A stretch of DNA of 64,000 bases from a virus, in the IMG/VR virus record IMGVR_UViG_3300002092_001378, positions 1-64,000 of that record; one strand, written 5' to 3'. The notes under the pieces are model-generated. The model was given only the letters and a program-made list of their open reading frames with translations. It searched no databases and was not told the origin of the DNA. Shown in pieces: positions 52,050 to 60,950 of this stretch; the stretch's first letter is position 1, and each line of letters opens with the position of its first letter. A program made the translations under genes and the position numbers.

Positions 52050-52702
52050 ACATAGTCTGCATCAAAAACAATACAGTTTCTAGGTAAATCACTGTGATGT
52101 TCAGTTACTGCATGCCATACTTCAGGTTTATGAAGTACTAATTCTCCCTCTGATGGCTGCAAATACCATTTGTCTTTTTCATCATAGATCGTGTGCAATG
52201 TGTCAGGTATACCGTTTTTAATAAACACCAAATTACTAGAATTTTCAGGCACATCTAGGTAAAAAATTGCCACTATATCAGCTCTAAAATTTTCACTACT
52301 TAAATCAGTATATTCTGCCATATAAGAATCTAGCTCAATATGTCTATGACATTTGCCCTGTGATCCTTTGACCATTCTATTTGCCCAAGCACGTTTATAA
52401 GAAACACTAGTGCCCAATTTATTGATTCCAAGTGTGTTTTTTGCTAACAAAATTTGTTCGCTTACCCATTGAGTTAAAGGTTGAGCGCCAGGCAAATGTA
52501 TTACTTGCAAGTATGTCTGCCCAACAGTTGTCATGCCTCCGCCCACATGGCTATCTCCACGCGGTGCTTTTACTCTGAATTTTACTTCAGGTAAATTTAA
52601 TACACGATTAATACTTTTTGTTAAATCGCTGTTCCTATATAGTGATACATCTGTGCATTGTATTCTAACTACAGTGCTGCCAAAAACATTTTCAACTTTC
52701 AA
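52046..52702 (-). CDS. 2OG-Fe(II) oxygenase (TIGR02466-like)
   Basis: WANRM...HRH...AIFYL...PSEGELVLH...WHAV...RNCIVF; TTG start with AAGGA RBS. Confidence 0.75.
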   Translation of the reverse strand: MKVENVFGSTVVRIQCTDVSLYRNSDLTKSINRVLNLPEVKFRVKAPRGDSHVGGGMTTVGQTYLQVIHLPGAQPLTQWVSEQILLAKNTLGINKLGTSVSYKRAWANRMVKGSQGKCHRHIELDSYMAEYTDLSSENFRADIVAIFYLDVPENSSNLVFIKNGIPDTLHTIYDEKDKWYLQPSEGELVLHKPEVWHAVTEHHSDLPRNCIVFDADYV

Positions 52703-54083
52703 CTTTTTTCCTTATGAAATCTGCATGATCTTGTAAATGACTTGTATCTAGATTTTTAACCTGTAAAGGCTTTATGATTCCAATTCCTGCCATAACATAT
52801 TTCCAATCTTTAAAATCCAATGGTCTTAAGTAGTCTGTTACTTTGTTTGTGGGCATTATTCTTATCAAATAATCTAAATCTTTTTCAGTTAACTTTTCAC
52901 CAAATTCAATGACATTTTTTACCAAGTCTGGTATTGTATTTTTGTTTTTAAAATTGCGCCAAAAAACGGTGTCAGTTCTTTTGGTCATATAATGTAAGTG
53001 TACAAAACAGGAGTTTTCTTCGTTAAGCTGCCTAACTGCATTATTGTATTCATCAATGGACTGTTGGTGTTTGTGTCTGCCCATGCCATTAATTTTTGCT
53101 TGTAGCATCCTTAGGCTCATAATTGAAATGCCAATTGCAGTTGCTTCTAAAGGTTCAGCAAATCCACTGGAAAGCCCAATGGCAATGCAATTATTGATCC
53201 AAGTTTTTTCGTAACAGCCTGCATTAAAATTAAAAATCTTAGGAGGAATTACTTCAACTCCAAAATATTCTTCTAATTCTTTTTTAATTTCCTCATCAGT
53301 AGCTAGGTTACTGTCAAATACATAACCACACCCAAATCTATCTTGTACAGGAATCTTCCAAGCCCACCCATGTTTCATTCCAATAGATTCTGTATATGAA
53401 GGAATATTTTCATTGTCATGTGGTAAAAAAAATGGCATTGCTCTATTAACAGGTAAAAAATCTGCATAGGAATGCCAAGTAGCTTTGTAAAAATTACCTA
53501 TAATTAATTTTTTAAACCCGCTGCAATCAAATACAAAATCTAGTTTAATTTTTTGATTATTGGATAACACTAGCTCACTGATGTCATTTTTATCATTCGG
53601 TATTATTTCTGTTACTTGTGCATCTATATATTCTATACCACGTTGAATGGCAAACCCCTTAAGGTAGTCGGCCATTATCATTGCGTTAAAATGAACTGAA
53701 TCTTCGGTCAATATTCCATTATGTCTAATTCGTTGATTGTTATAATCAAAGAGAACTTTATTTTCTTTTGCTGCTGCGATACTGATATCTTCTGTGGAAG
53801 AAATAGCTGAATGAAAATAAGAAGTGCCGTCTCCGTTCCAGTTAGTAAACTTAATAGCATTTTTTATGGTAATTTTACATTTCTTTATTACTTCATTGAA
53901 GTCCAACCCCAGATCATTTTCTAAAAATTCACTGAAATTTTTAGTGGTTCCTTCACCAGCACCAAGTACTCCTATTTCACTACTTGCGACAACCGTTACA
54001 TTGCTATATGGGATATTTTTTTGCACATACAATGCCGTAAGCCAACCAGCAGTTCCACCACCTACTACAACAAATTTTTTCAT
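52692..54083 (-). CDS. Flavin-dependent (tryptophan-type) halogenase
   Basis: VVGGGTAGW, GAGEGT, TIKNAIKF (catalytic Lys), FDCSGF, intact GWAWKIP, SGFAEPLEAT. Confidence 0.9.
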   Translation of the reverse strand: MKKFVVVGGGTAGWLTALYVQKNIPYSNVTVVASSEIGVLGAGEGTTKNFSEFLENDLGLDFNEVIKKCKITIKNAIKFTNWNGDGTSYFHSAISSTEDISIAAAKENKVLFDYNNQRIRHNGILTEDSVHFNAMIMADYLKGFAIQRGIEYIDAQVTEIIPNDKNDISELVLSNNQKIKLDFVFDCSGFKKLIIGNFYKATWHSYADFLPVNRAMPFFLPHDNENIPSYTESIGMKHGWAWKIPVQDRFGCGYVFDSNLATDEEIKKELEEYFGVEVIPPKIFNFNAGCYEKTWINNCIAIGLSSGFAEPLEATAIGISIMSLRMLQAKINGMGRHKHQQSIDEYNNAVRQLNEENSCFVHLHYMTKRTDTVFWRNFKNKNTIPDLVKNVIEFGEKLTEKDLDYLIRIMPTNKVTDYLRPLDFKDWKYVMAGIGIIKPLQVKNLDTSHLQDHADFIRKKVES

Positions 54084-54658
54084 GACAAATACCTAAATTC
54101 TAATACCAAACTTACTCTTAAATCATCGCTAAGGTTTGTTTCAACGCTATGAATAGCATAAGAAGGAAATAAAATAAGTTTGCCAGGTTCCGGAGTTACT
54201 CGATGTGTCATATAACCTGAATTATTCTTCTTATTTGTATCAAATGTTTGTTTAACATATGGATCTTGCCATATGTCAGGAACAGATCCTCTTGCGTCAT
54301 GTATTAATAGATCTCCGCAATTTTTAGGAGCTTTTAAATAATAAACACCAACTACACCGTCTACATATGGATGGTGGTGTGGTGGATCACTTTCCAATGG
54401 TCGCCGAACATGTTGACGACCCCTTATTTGTACAGTATTAAAAGTAATACCATAATCTCTTGCAACTTGTTCGGCAATATCAATTACTTTATCTTTAAAC
54501 TCAGTGATACCCTCACCCGGCATATCAAATAGTATATAATCCCCATTGGCCTTATAGTTTAAGGTATCCATTAATATTTTCTTGTTCATCATTCTAGCAT
54601 CGTCAAAGTTAACAATCCAGACTGGGGTAGAAAACATTAGATTAGTATTAATATCCAT
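54080..54658 (-). CDS. 2OG-Fe(II) oxygenase (TIGR02466-like)
   Basis: MFSTPVW, PHHHP, GVYYLKAPKNCGDL, PEPGKLILFPSYAIHSV, RVSLV; start ATG 54658. Confidence 0.85.
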   Translation of the reverse strand: MDINTNLMFSTPVWIVNFDDARMMNKKILMDTLNYKANGDYILFDMPGEGITEFKDKVIDIAEQVARDYGITFNTVQIRGRQHVRRPLESDPPHHHPYVDGVVGVYYLKAPKNCGDLLIHDARGSVPDIWQDPYVKQTFDTNKKNNSGYMTHRVTPEPGKLILFPSYAIHSVETNLSDDLRVSLVLEFRYLS

Positions 54659-55229
54659 TTTCAATCCCTTTATTGATAAATCTAAATTCAAATACTACAC
54701 TAATCCTTGTATCATTGCTAAAATTGGGTTCGACTGAATGTATTAGATAGTTGGGAAACAATAGTAACATGCCAGGTTTAGGTTCAATCTTAACAGATAC
54801 CCTCCCGTCCCTCATTATACCATCATTGGTAATATTAGGATCTTTCCACATATTTGAAACTGAACCTCGGCAGTCTATAAACTGTATGTCCCCGCAATTT
54901 TTTGGAGTTTTAAGGTAATATATACCTAGCATATCAGACCCTGGATGATGATGTGGGGTATCAAACTCGCCAGGTTTCATTGGGTTAAGTCGACTTCGAA
55001 TATTTAAATTATCGTACACCCAATTATTTTCAACAGCAATTTCTGTAACAGCATCTATAATAATTTTTTTAAGTTCGGCAATGCCCTCACTTGGTAAATC
55101 AAGAAATTCTTGATTTCCGGTTTTATATTCAGCACTATCTACTATGAGTTTTTTATTTAAGAACCGATAATCTTCAACTTGATATATCCACAGTGGAGTA
55201 GCAAACAGTTGCTTTACTTGTCTTTGCAC
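54648..55229 (-). CDS. 2OG-Fe(II) oxygenase (TIGR02466-like), paralog of the downstream gene
   Basis: LFATPLW, PHHHP, GIYYLKTPKNCGDI, PKPGMLLLFPNYLIHSV, RISVV; GTG start. Confidence 0.85.
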   Translation of the reverse strand: MQRQVKQLFATPLWIYQVEDYRFLNKKLIVDSAEYKTGNQEFLDLPSEGIAELKKIIIDAVTEIAVENNWVYDNLNIRSRLNPMKPGEFDTPHHHPGSDMLGIYYLKTPKNCGDIQFIDCRGSVSNMWKDPNITNDGIMRDGRVSVKIEPKPGMLLLFPNYLIHSVEPNFSNDTRISVVFEFRFINKGIENGY

Positions 55230-55230
55230 A

Positions 55231-55890
55231 TTAAAGTCTTTCTAGATCCTGCTTCAATTTAGAAACGATGTCATCGTGTAGATCTTCATTGTCATAAATT
55301 TCAGATGTCAGTGAATATTCAATAACAATATGATTTGGTTCAATGGCAGAGAACACATTGTAAATTAAATCAGCTGGTACTGTGTCTAGTGTATGACCGG
55401 CAACTTTACATGAAATTACAATCTTGTCCTCTCCATATAATTCATAGACAGTAACAGCCTCAACGCCATCAACGTCGTCAATTAATTGTAACAGTTTTGA
55501 CAAATTATCAGAGTAATTGGAAATAGGAGCTAATGAACGATTGTTATAAAGCAGAGAAGAAACTTTTGTTTCAGGATCAATGAAAAAAGTAATGTTTTTA
55601 GAATGGTCATTACTTAATGTAGATATCACTGCAAACGCTTCTTCCGCAACATTTGTTTTTGCCAACTGATCGACTGAGTCAATTAAATTATCAGTAACAA
55701 CTATATTCAATACTCCACCGTCAAATTCAAAAATAAATTTAATTAAGTTTTTGCCAGTGATATTATACTTGCTTGCTATTTGCTTTACTGTGATTTCGTC
55801 TGGCACGTCGACTGATGCCTTTGTAAAAGCACTATGCCCTGTAAATAAATCAAATACCTTTTGTATATTTTTAGTAACTGTTATTGACAT
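55231..55890 (-). CDS. Hypothetical protein in the radical SAM cassette
   Basis: 219-aa ORF tightly coupled to the rSAM gene (3-bp gap), AAGGA RBS; no motif recognised. Confidence 0.7.
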   Translation of the reverse strand: MSITVTKNIQKVFDLFTGHSAFTKASVDVPDEITVKQIASKYNITGKNLIKFIFEFDGGVLNIVVTDNLIDSVDQLAKTNVAEEAFAVISTLSNDHSKNITFFIDPETKVSSLLYNNRSLAPISNYSDNLSKLLQLIDDVDGVEAVTVYELYGEDKIVISCKVAGHTLDTVPADLIYNVFSAIEPNHIVIEYSLTSEIYDNEDLHDDIVSKLKQDLERL

Positions 55891-55893
55891 TTG

Positions 55894-57360
55894 TTATCCT
55901 TTAAGGCTTTTTGCAAGCCATCCTTCAACTTTTGCCTGACCGTAAATTTCTATGTCGTCAATCATTCCAGTTTTTTCAATTACTACCTTTTTAGTAGTCC
56001 ACTTGGGAGTATTCATATCCGTATGTTCATAAACAGTTCCCCAAATGTCTTGCCTACCCAATGGCAATCCGTCGCCTTCAATGGTAACAGGAATAAACCC
56101 ATTGGTCATTTTTACAAAACTTAGAGCAAATAAAGGAACATTATCTGAGTATGCACTGTCGCAAGTTGCATCCCAATTTGGACCATCTAGATACATGCAA
56201 GATCCCTTGCATAGCTGTAGTACAGGACAATCTTTACACCCTGCTCTATTTTTCCAATGTGTGACAGATTTTAATGCTACATTAGCATAATCTTCTAAAT
56301 TACCACCTAGATGCGGCTCACCATTCTTACTTAATTCCTTAACACTTACATTTTGACATGTGACAATGTTACCCAATAGGTCCACAGCAATTGTATGCTC
56401 ATCATCCATGCCGCATTTTTGTCCAAGATTTGCAGCATCAAAATGATTCAAAACACTTTTAGTAAAATTATCAATTTTTTCGTATTGCCCATAAAATCCC
56501 AATGTATCTTCGTATCCATACACATCATTAAAACTCTGACGTCTATATTCAAAATGTTCATTCAATGTAGCAAAACTACTATTAAGGCCATCATCGTCGT
56601 AAGCATCGACGAAAGACCCTTCGCCTATAATTACATCAGGATCGCCGGTAAATTCAACAAACCAATCATAAACTGCACGTCTGCTGGTATTACTTTTGTT
56701 CATCATAGTATTAAAGCTAATCCTGCCATGTGGTTTCATAACTTTATAGAATTCCATAAGAATTTTCTTTTTTTCAGGATCAATGAATGGGTCCGGACCT
56801 CTTGTTGGTTGCCCAGGGCCATCATGGCTAATGCCAACATTAAAGCCCATATAATACAACCACGAGCAAATTTCTCTAGTTAGTAAACTGCCATTAGTAA
56901 TAACACTGAAAACAGGTTTTGTTTTCCAACTATCAAATTTCTCATCAAGTGCTTCTGCCAATGGTTTTAATGTCTTCCAATAAACGAAAGGTTCTCCGCC
57001 CCAAAATTCAATCTTTAACCCTTTATCTTCACGAAATTCTAACACATCCATTTTAGCAAGAAATGCATCTATATCCTTCTTACTGGTCTCATCAGGACGT
57101 TCAACAAACTTTTGACTACAATAGCTGCATGAATAGTTGCAACTTAACCCCAATTGAATTTTAAGTGTATTAATTTTATTTGATTTTAGTAGAGGATCTT
57201 CTTTGGAAAATGCTCGGCTGGGAGTTAATCCAGAAAAATTTGCAAGATTAGGATATTCAAAAACAAATCCTGATTCATCTGTCAGAATATTTTTTTGATT
57301 GTCGTAAAAAAATGTTTTACGACCCTCGCCAGCCTTTTCTGCTTCTACTTTAAATAACAT
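55894..57360 (-). CDS. Radical SAM enzyme with SPASM domain (anSME/peptide-maturase class)
   Basis: CNYSCSYC (CxxxCxxC), FWGGEP, ITNGSLL, ISHDG; SPASM cysteines KCG...TCQ...CKDCPVLQLCKGSC...TC. Confidence 0.92.
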   Translation of the reverse strand: MLFKVEAEKAGEGRKTFFYDNQKNILTDESGFVFEYPNLANFSGLTPSRAFSKEDPLLKSNKINTLKIQLGLSCNYSCSYCSQKFVERPDETSKKDIDAFLAKMDVLEFREDKGLKIEFWGGEPFVYWKTLKPLAEALDEKFDSWKTKPVFSVITNGSLLTREICSWLYYMGFNVGISHDGPGQPTRGPDPFIDPEKKKILMEFYKVMKPHGRISFNTMMNKSNTSRRAVYDWFVEFTGDPDVIIGEGSFVDAYDDDGLNSSFATLNEHFEYRRQSFNDVYGYEDTLGFYGQYEKIDNFTKSVLNHFDAANLGQKCGMDDEHTIAVDLLGNIVTCQNVSVKELSKNGEPHLGGNLEDYANVALKSVTHWKNRAGCKDCPVLQLCKGSCMYLDGPNWDATCDSAYSDNVPLFALSFVKMTNGFIPVTIEGDGLPLGRQDIWGTVYEHTDMNTPKWTTKKVVIEKTGMIDDIEIYGQAKVEGWLAKSLKG

Positions 57361-57384
57361 TCGATATTCCTTGATTTGTTGAAT

Positions 57385-57765
57385 TTACCATAAACAAGCA
57401 CATAAACAAAGGCAATTGCAGTTATAAGAGCGTGTAGTGATAGTACAATTATATGTACATGCACAATTGCAATTGGTTTGTAGGTATGACTGTGCGTCGC
57501 AGTTTGCACAATCTACAGTGCCATTAATTACACAATTTACACAGTTAATATTGCCACTTCCCAGTGATTCAACACAATTCCCGTTATCGCAATTTCCATC
57601 AGCATTGCGCTGATAATATGCTTTACTATACTTGCCTGACAACGGATTGGTTGGTACTTTCTCAACAGATTTAATCCAGCTCATACTCACACTAAGAGTA
57701 GTTGCACGTCCAAGTTCAGTATTAACGTCGCTAAATTTAATTATTCCGGAAGCTGGTAATGTCAT
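57385..57765 (-). CDS. Cys-rich protein (15 Cys, 10 Asn-Cys pairs); candidate radical SAM substrate
   Basis: 126 aa from ATG 57765; Cys-free N-terminal half (MTLPASGIIKFSDVNTELGR...) and a C-terminal half ending NCNCACTYNC...NCNCLCLCACLW; directly upstream of the rSAM gene. Confidence 0.8.
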   Translation of the reverse strand: MTLPASGIIKFSDVNTELGRATTLSVSMSWIKSVEKVPTNPLSGKYSKAYYQRNADGNCDNGNCVESLGSGNINCVNCVINGTVDCANCDAQSYLQTNCNCACTYNCTITTRSYNCNCLCLCACLW

Positions 57766-57786
57766 GACTATTTCCAAATGTTACGG

Positions 57787-57794
57787 TATTTATC
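57787..57794 (-). promoter_or_regulatory. Late-promoter motif GATAAATA driving the rSAM cassette
   Basis: Plus-strand TATTTATC, 22 nt upstream of ATG 57765. A divergent TAAATA at 57857-57862 serves the next fibre gene. Confidence 0.6.
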
Positions 57795-57880
57795 ATCACA
57801 TAACACTGTCATTACAATATACGCAACTGATGTTAAAGTCAATTTTTTAATGCCGATAAATAATTGAGTCAGGGGTAGTC

Positions 57881-59980
57881 ATGTCATATACAATTAATGT
57901 CACTAATAGTAATCCAATTACAATATTGTCAGGTACTTCAGATACCAGCACTGCACTTACGCTTGTGGGAAAGAATATTTCTAACTACGGAGAAATATTT
58001 GCTCAAAATTTTGTTGACTTAATGCAAAACTTCGCAAGCCCCAGTGCTCCAAATGGGATATTAGAGGGACAATTATGGTATGACAGTGGCACATATTCCT
58101 TAAAATTATATAAGAACGGCAGCTATAAAGTTATATCAACTATTTCATCCAGTACAACCGCCCCAACTGCCCCTTACATTGGTGATTTGTGGTGGGATAC
58201 GGCAAATAGTCTTCTTAAGATATGGAATACTACTACTTGGGTTTCTATTGGCCCCAACGTATTGAATACTTCCAGTTCAGCAGTTGCGGACGCTATACTT
58301 GACACCAATAATGTGCTGAGACCAATCTTAAAAATGGTAGTTGATTCGGCTGTTGTTGCAGTATTCAGTTCTGCTACCTTTGCACCTCAGACAACATATA
58401 ACGGGCTTACATTAATTTACGGTGGCATGACACTTGTTGGTACCGGAACAACTTTCGGAAACATTGTTAGCTCATTTGCGTCAATTACTACTCTTAACGC
58501 AACTACAACTAATGCTTCGCAAGTAAATGCTGTTACTGTAGTTGCCACAACAATTGGAAATGCTAATTCAGCAATACGAGGAACAAGTGCCACCGTTGCT
58601 GGCGCAATTACTGCTGCAACTGTCAATGCACTTAATATTGGAAACGCCGGAGCTACAATAACAGGTACACATAATGGTCCACATAATGGACCATTTAATG
58701 GAAATATTGGATCAGTAACTCCTAACACTGCTGTCTTTACAACTGTGACTGCTGATACTGTTACTGCAATAACTGTGACAGGTAATACTATAGGAAATAC
58801 TGGTGCTACATTAACTGGTACGCTCTCAACTGCTACTCAACCAAATATTACAAGTGTGGGAACATTAACTGGTGCAACAGTAAATGGAACTTTAACTGCT
58901 ACAACTGCCAATGCAACCACGGTAAATGCAACTACCACTAATAGTAGCACGGTAAATGCATCGACTGTTAATGCTGTAACACTAGCGGCAACAAATATTG
59001 GTAATGCTACCTCGGTTGTAACTGGTGCAAGTGCTGCAATAGCTGGCACAGTGACCGCTGCAACAGTTAACGCCCTGGCAATCGGAAACAACGGTGCGAT
59101 AATAACCGGAACACATAACGGTCCACTTAATGGACCATTTAATGGAACTATAGGCGCTACAGTTGCTAATACAGCAGCATTCACTACAATGGCAACATCG
59201 GGTACAACCAGTTTAGCAACATTGAGTGGTAATGTTGGGATTGGTACTGCGTCAGCTGCTGCAAAATTACATGTTGCGGGAACACTTAATTTAACGAGCA
59301 CACTGTCAATATCTGGTGCTCCAGGTGGGAGTGGGCAATTCTTAACATCCGGTGGCGCAGGCGCCGCCCCTACTTGGACTAGTATGCGTAGCGGATTTAG
59401 CGACATGGTAGTTTATGGTGTGGCAGGCACTTATGCTTGGACTGTGCCGGCAAATGTTACTAAAATAAAAGCAACTGTTGTTGGTGGCGGTGGTGGTGGC
59501 GGCGGCAGTGGCCAAAATTATGATAGTGGCGCTGGTGGCGGCGGTGGTGGCACATCCACTAAAATTATTAGCGGTTTAACTCCTGGAACTTCTATTACTG
59601 TCACTGTTGGTGGTGGTGGCGGAGGTAGTAATGGTTGGGGAGGAACTGGGCAAACTGGCGGAACTTCGTCTGTTGGTTATTGCAGCGCGACAGGTGGTGA
59701 AGGTGGTGCTCCAACTTCTGGCTCTGGTGGCGTTGGCGGCATAGGTAATAGTGGAGATATTAATATTAGAGGTCAGGCAGGTGGTTCCGGCATTGCGTGT
59801 GGTACATACGGCGGTAGTCCTGGGGGCAATGGCGGATCTTCTACGTTGGGTGGCGGCGGCCAAGGCGGATCAGGTACTGGTGGCATTGGTGGATCTTATG
59901 GCGGAGGCGGAGGCGGCGCCGGTGGTATATACACCTCAGGTGGCGCAGGCGCCACGGGTGTTGTAATAATAGAATACTAA
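57881..59980 (+). CDS. Fibre protein 4 with internal duplication and Gly-rich C-terminal domain
   Basis: Shared N-module; duplicated T/A/N-rich segment ending GTHNGPxNGPFNG; WTVPANVTKIKATVVGGGGGG...GATGVVIIEY Gly-rich tip. Confidence 0.8.
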   Translation: MSYTINVTNSNPITILSGTSDTSTALTLVGKNISNYGEIFAQNFVDLMQNFASPSAPNGILEGQLWYDSGTYSLKLYKNGSYKVISTISSSTTAPTAPYIGDLWWDTANSLLKIWNTTTWVSIGPNVLNTSSSAVADAILDTNNVLRPILKMVVDSAVVAVFSSATFAPQTTYNGLTLIYGGMTLVGTGTTFGNIVSSFASITTLNATTTNASQVNAVTVVATTIGNANSAIRGTSATVAGAITAATVNALNIGNAGATITGTHNGPHNGPFNGNIGSVTPNTAVFTTVTADTVTAITVTGNTIGNTGATLTGTLSTATQPNITSVGTLTGATVNGTLTATTANATTVNATTTNSSTVNASTVNAVTLAATNIGNATSVVTGASAAIAGTVTAATVNALAIGNNGAIITGTHNGPLNGPFNGTIGATVANTAAFTTMATSGTTSLATLSGNVGIGTASAAAKLHVAGTLNLTSTLSISGAPGGSGQFLTSGGAGAAPTWTSMRSGFSDMVVYGVAGTYAWTVPANVTKIKATVVGGGGGGGGSGQNYDSGAGGGGGGTSTKIISGLTPGTSITVTVGGGGGGSNGWGGTGQTGGTSSVGYCSATGGEGGAPTSGSGGVGGIGNSGDINIRGQAGGSGIACGTYGGSPGGNGGSSTLGGGGQGGSGTGGIGGSYGGGGGGAGGIYTSGGAGATGVVIIEY

Positions 59981-60031
59981 TTTTCAAAATGACATAAAAA
60001 ATAAACAATAAATATTGTACTAGGATAAAAA

Positions 60032-60949
60032 ATGGCATACTCTTCCGGCGGGTTAATTGAAGCAGTTGATTATAATAACAGAGTAAATGCTCTCAATTCA
60101 ATCTGGGGCGCAGGTTCCGGTGCAAACGGCTATGGGCAAACTTCAACTACACTTAGTACAACTAGTACCAGTGCAGCGGTAACGGCAACTCAATGGGCCA
60201 GTTTAATTGCTAGACTGGACGCGATAACCGTTCATCAAACTGGCGTTACGTCTAGTATATCACAGCCAACTGCTGGTACAACAATTGCATGGTTGAGTAC
60301 AATTGACACAAAAATTGCAGCAACTTATACAAATAGACTTTCAGTTTCATTTAGAGGCGCACTTAATTTGACCGCAATTGGAACTATTTCTAACAGTACT
60401 GGTTGGTATACAAGTTCCACTAAAGAAGGGCAAATGTCATTTAGTAGTACTGACACTGTGCGATATTTCTTTAATGCAGGCGGTCTAATATCAATGAATA
60501 TAACACAGGCCGCAGGTGCAAATATTAAAAGTACAGACTGGTCAAATTTTTATACTAATCAAATTGGTGTAATAAGTTTGGGATATAATTTTTGTAGCAG
60601 AAGTGGATCAGGTGGTGATAACTTAACTTTAAATACCAGTATCGGATGGACTAATTTAACATCAACATATCAAACATTGTTTAGTGTTGGTTCCACAACC
60701 GCCACTGGTTATTATGGCAACAACTATATGACTATTGAAGCAAAAATTGGTTCTACAAACAATGTGCTACAATTTAGATTTATCTCATATGATGTGGCAC
60801 TTGATTCAGCTCCCTATAGAAACTTGGCACAACAAATAATATCAGGCGCAAATACTGTTAATTTTGGTTGGACTCCGCCCGAAACAACGTATCTAACCAA
60901 TGTCTGGGGAACACCTGCATTTGGTATTGTAACTAATAGCCAAGGCTAA
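60032..60949 (+). CDS. Putative virion structural protein
   Basis: MAYSSGGLIEAVDYN...GYGQ...VRYFFNAGG; S/T/G-rich; TAAATA at 60009-60014. Confidence 0.6.
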   Translation: MAYSSGGLIEAVDYNNRVNALNSIWGAGSGANGYGQTSTTLSTTSTSAAVTATQWASLIARLDAITVHQTGVTSSISQPTAGTTIAWLSTIDTKIAATYTNRLSVSFRGALNLTAIGTISNSTGWYTSSTKEGQMSFSSTDTVRYFFNAGGLISMNITQAAGANIKSTDWSNFYTNQIGVISLGYNFCSRSGSGGDNLTLNTSIGWTNLTSTYQTLFSVGSTTATGYYGNNYMTIEAKIGSTNNVLQFRFISYDVALDSAPYRNLAQQIISGANTVNFGWTPPETTYLTNVWGTPAFGIVTNSQG

Positions 60950-60950
60950 T

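Noticed and set aside
57806-57823. CTGTCAT half-site upstream of the rSAM cassette as a possible second Pho box
   Set aside because: Only one half-site, with no second repeat at 11-bp spacing.
59483-59925. GGT/GGC tandem repeats
   Set aside because: Explained by the poly-Gly coding sequence of the fibre tip; not a separate repeat element.
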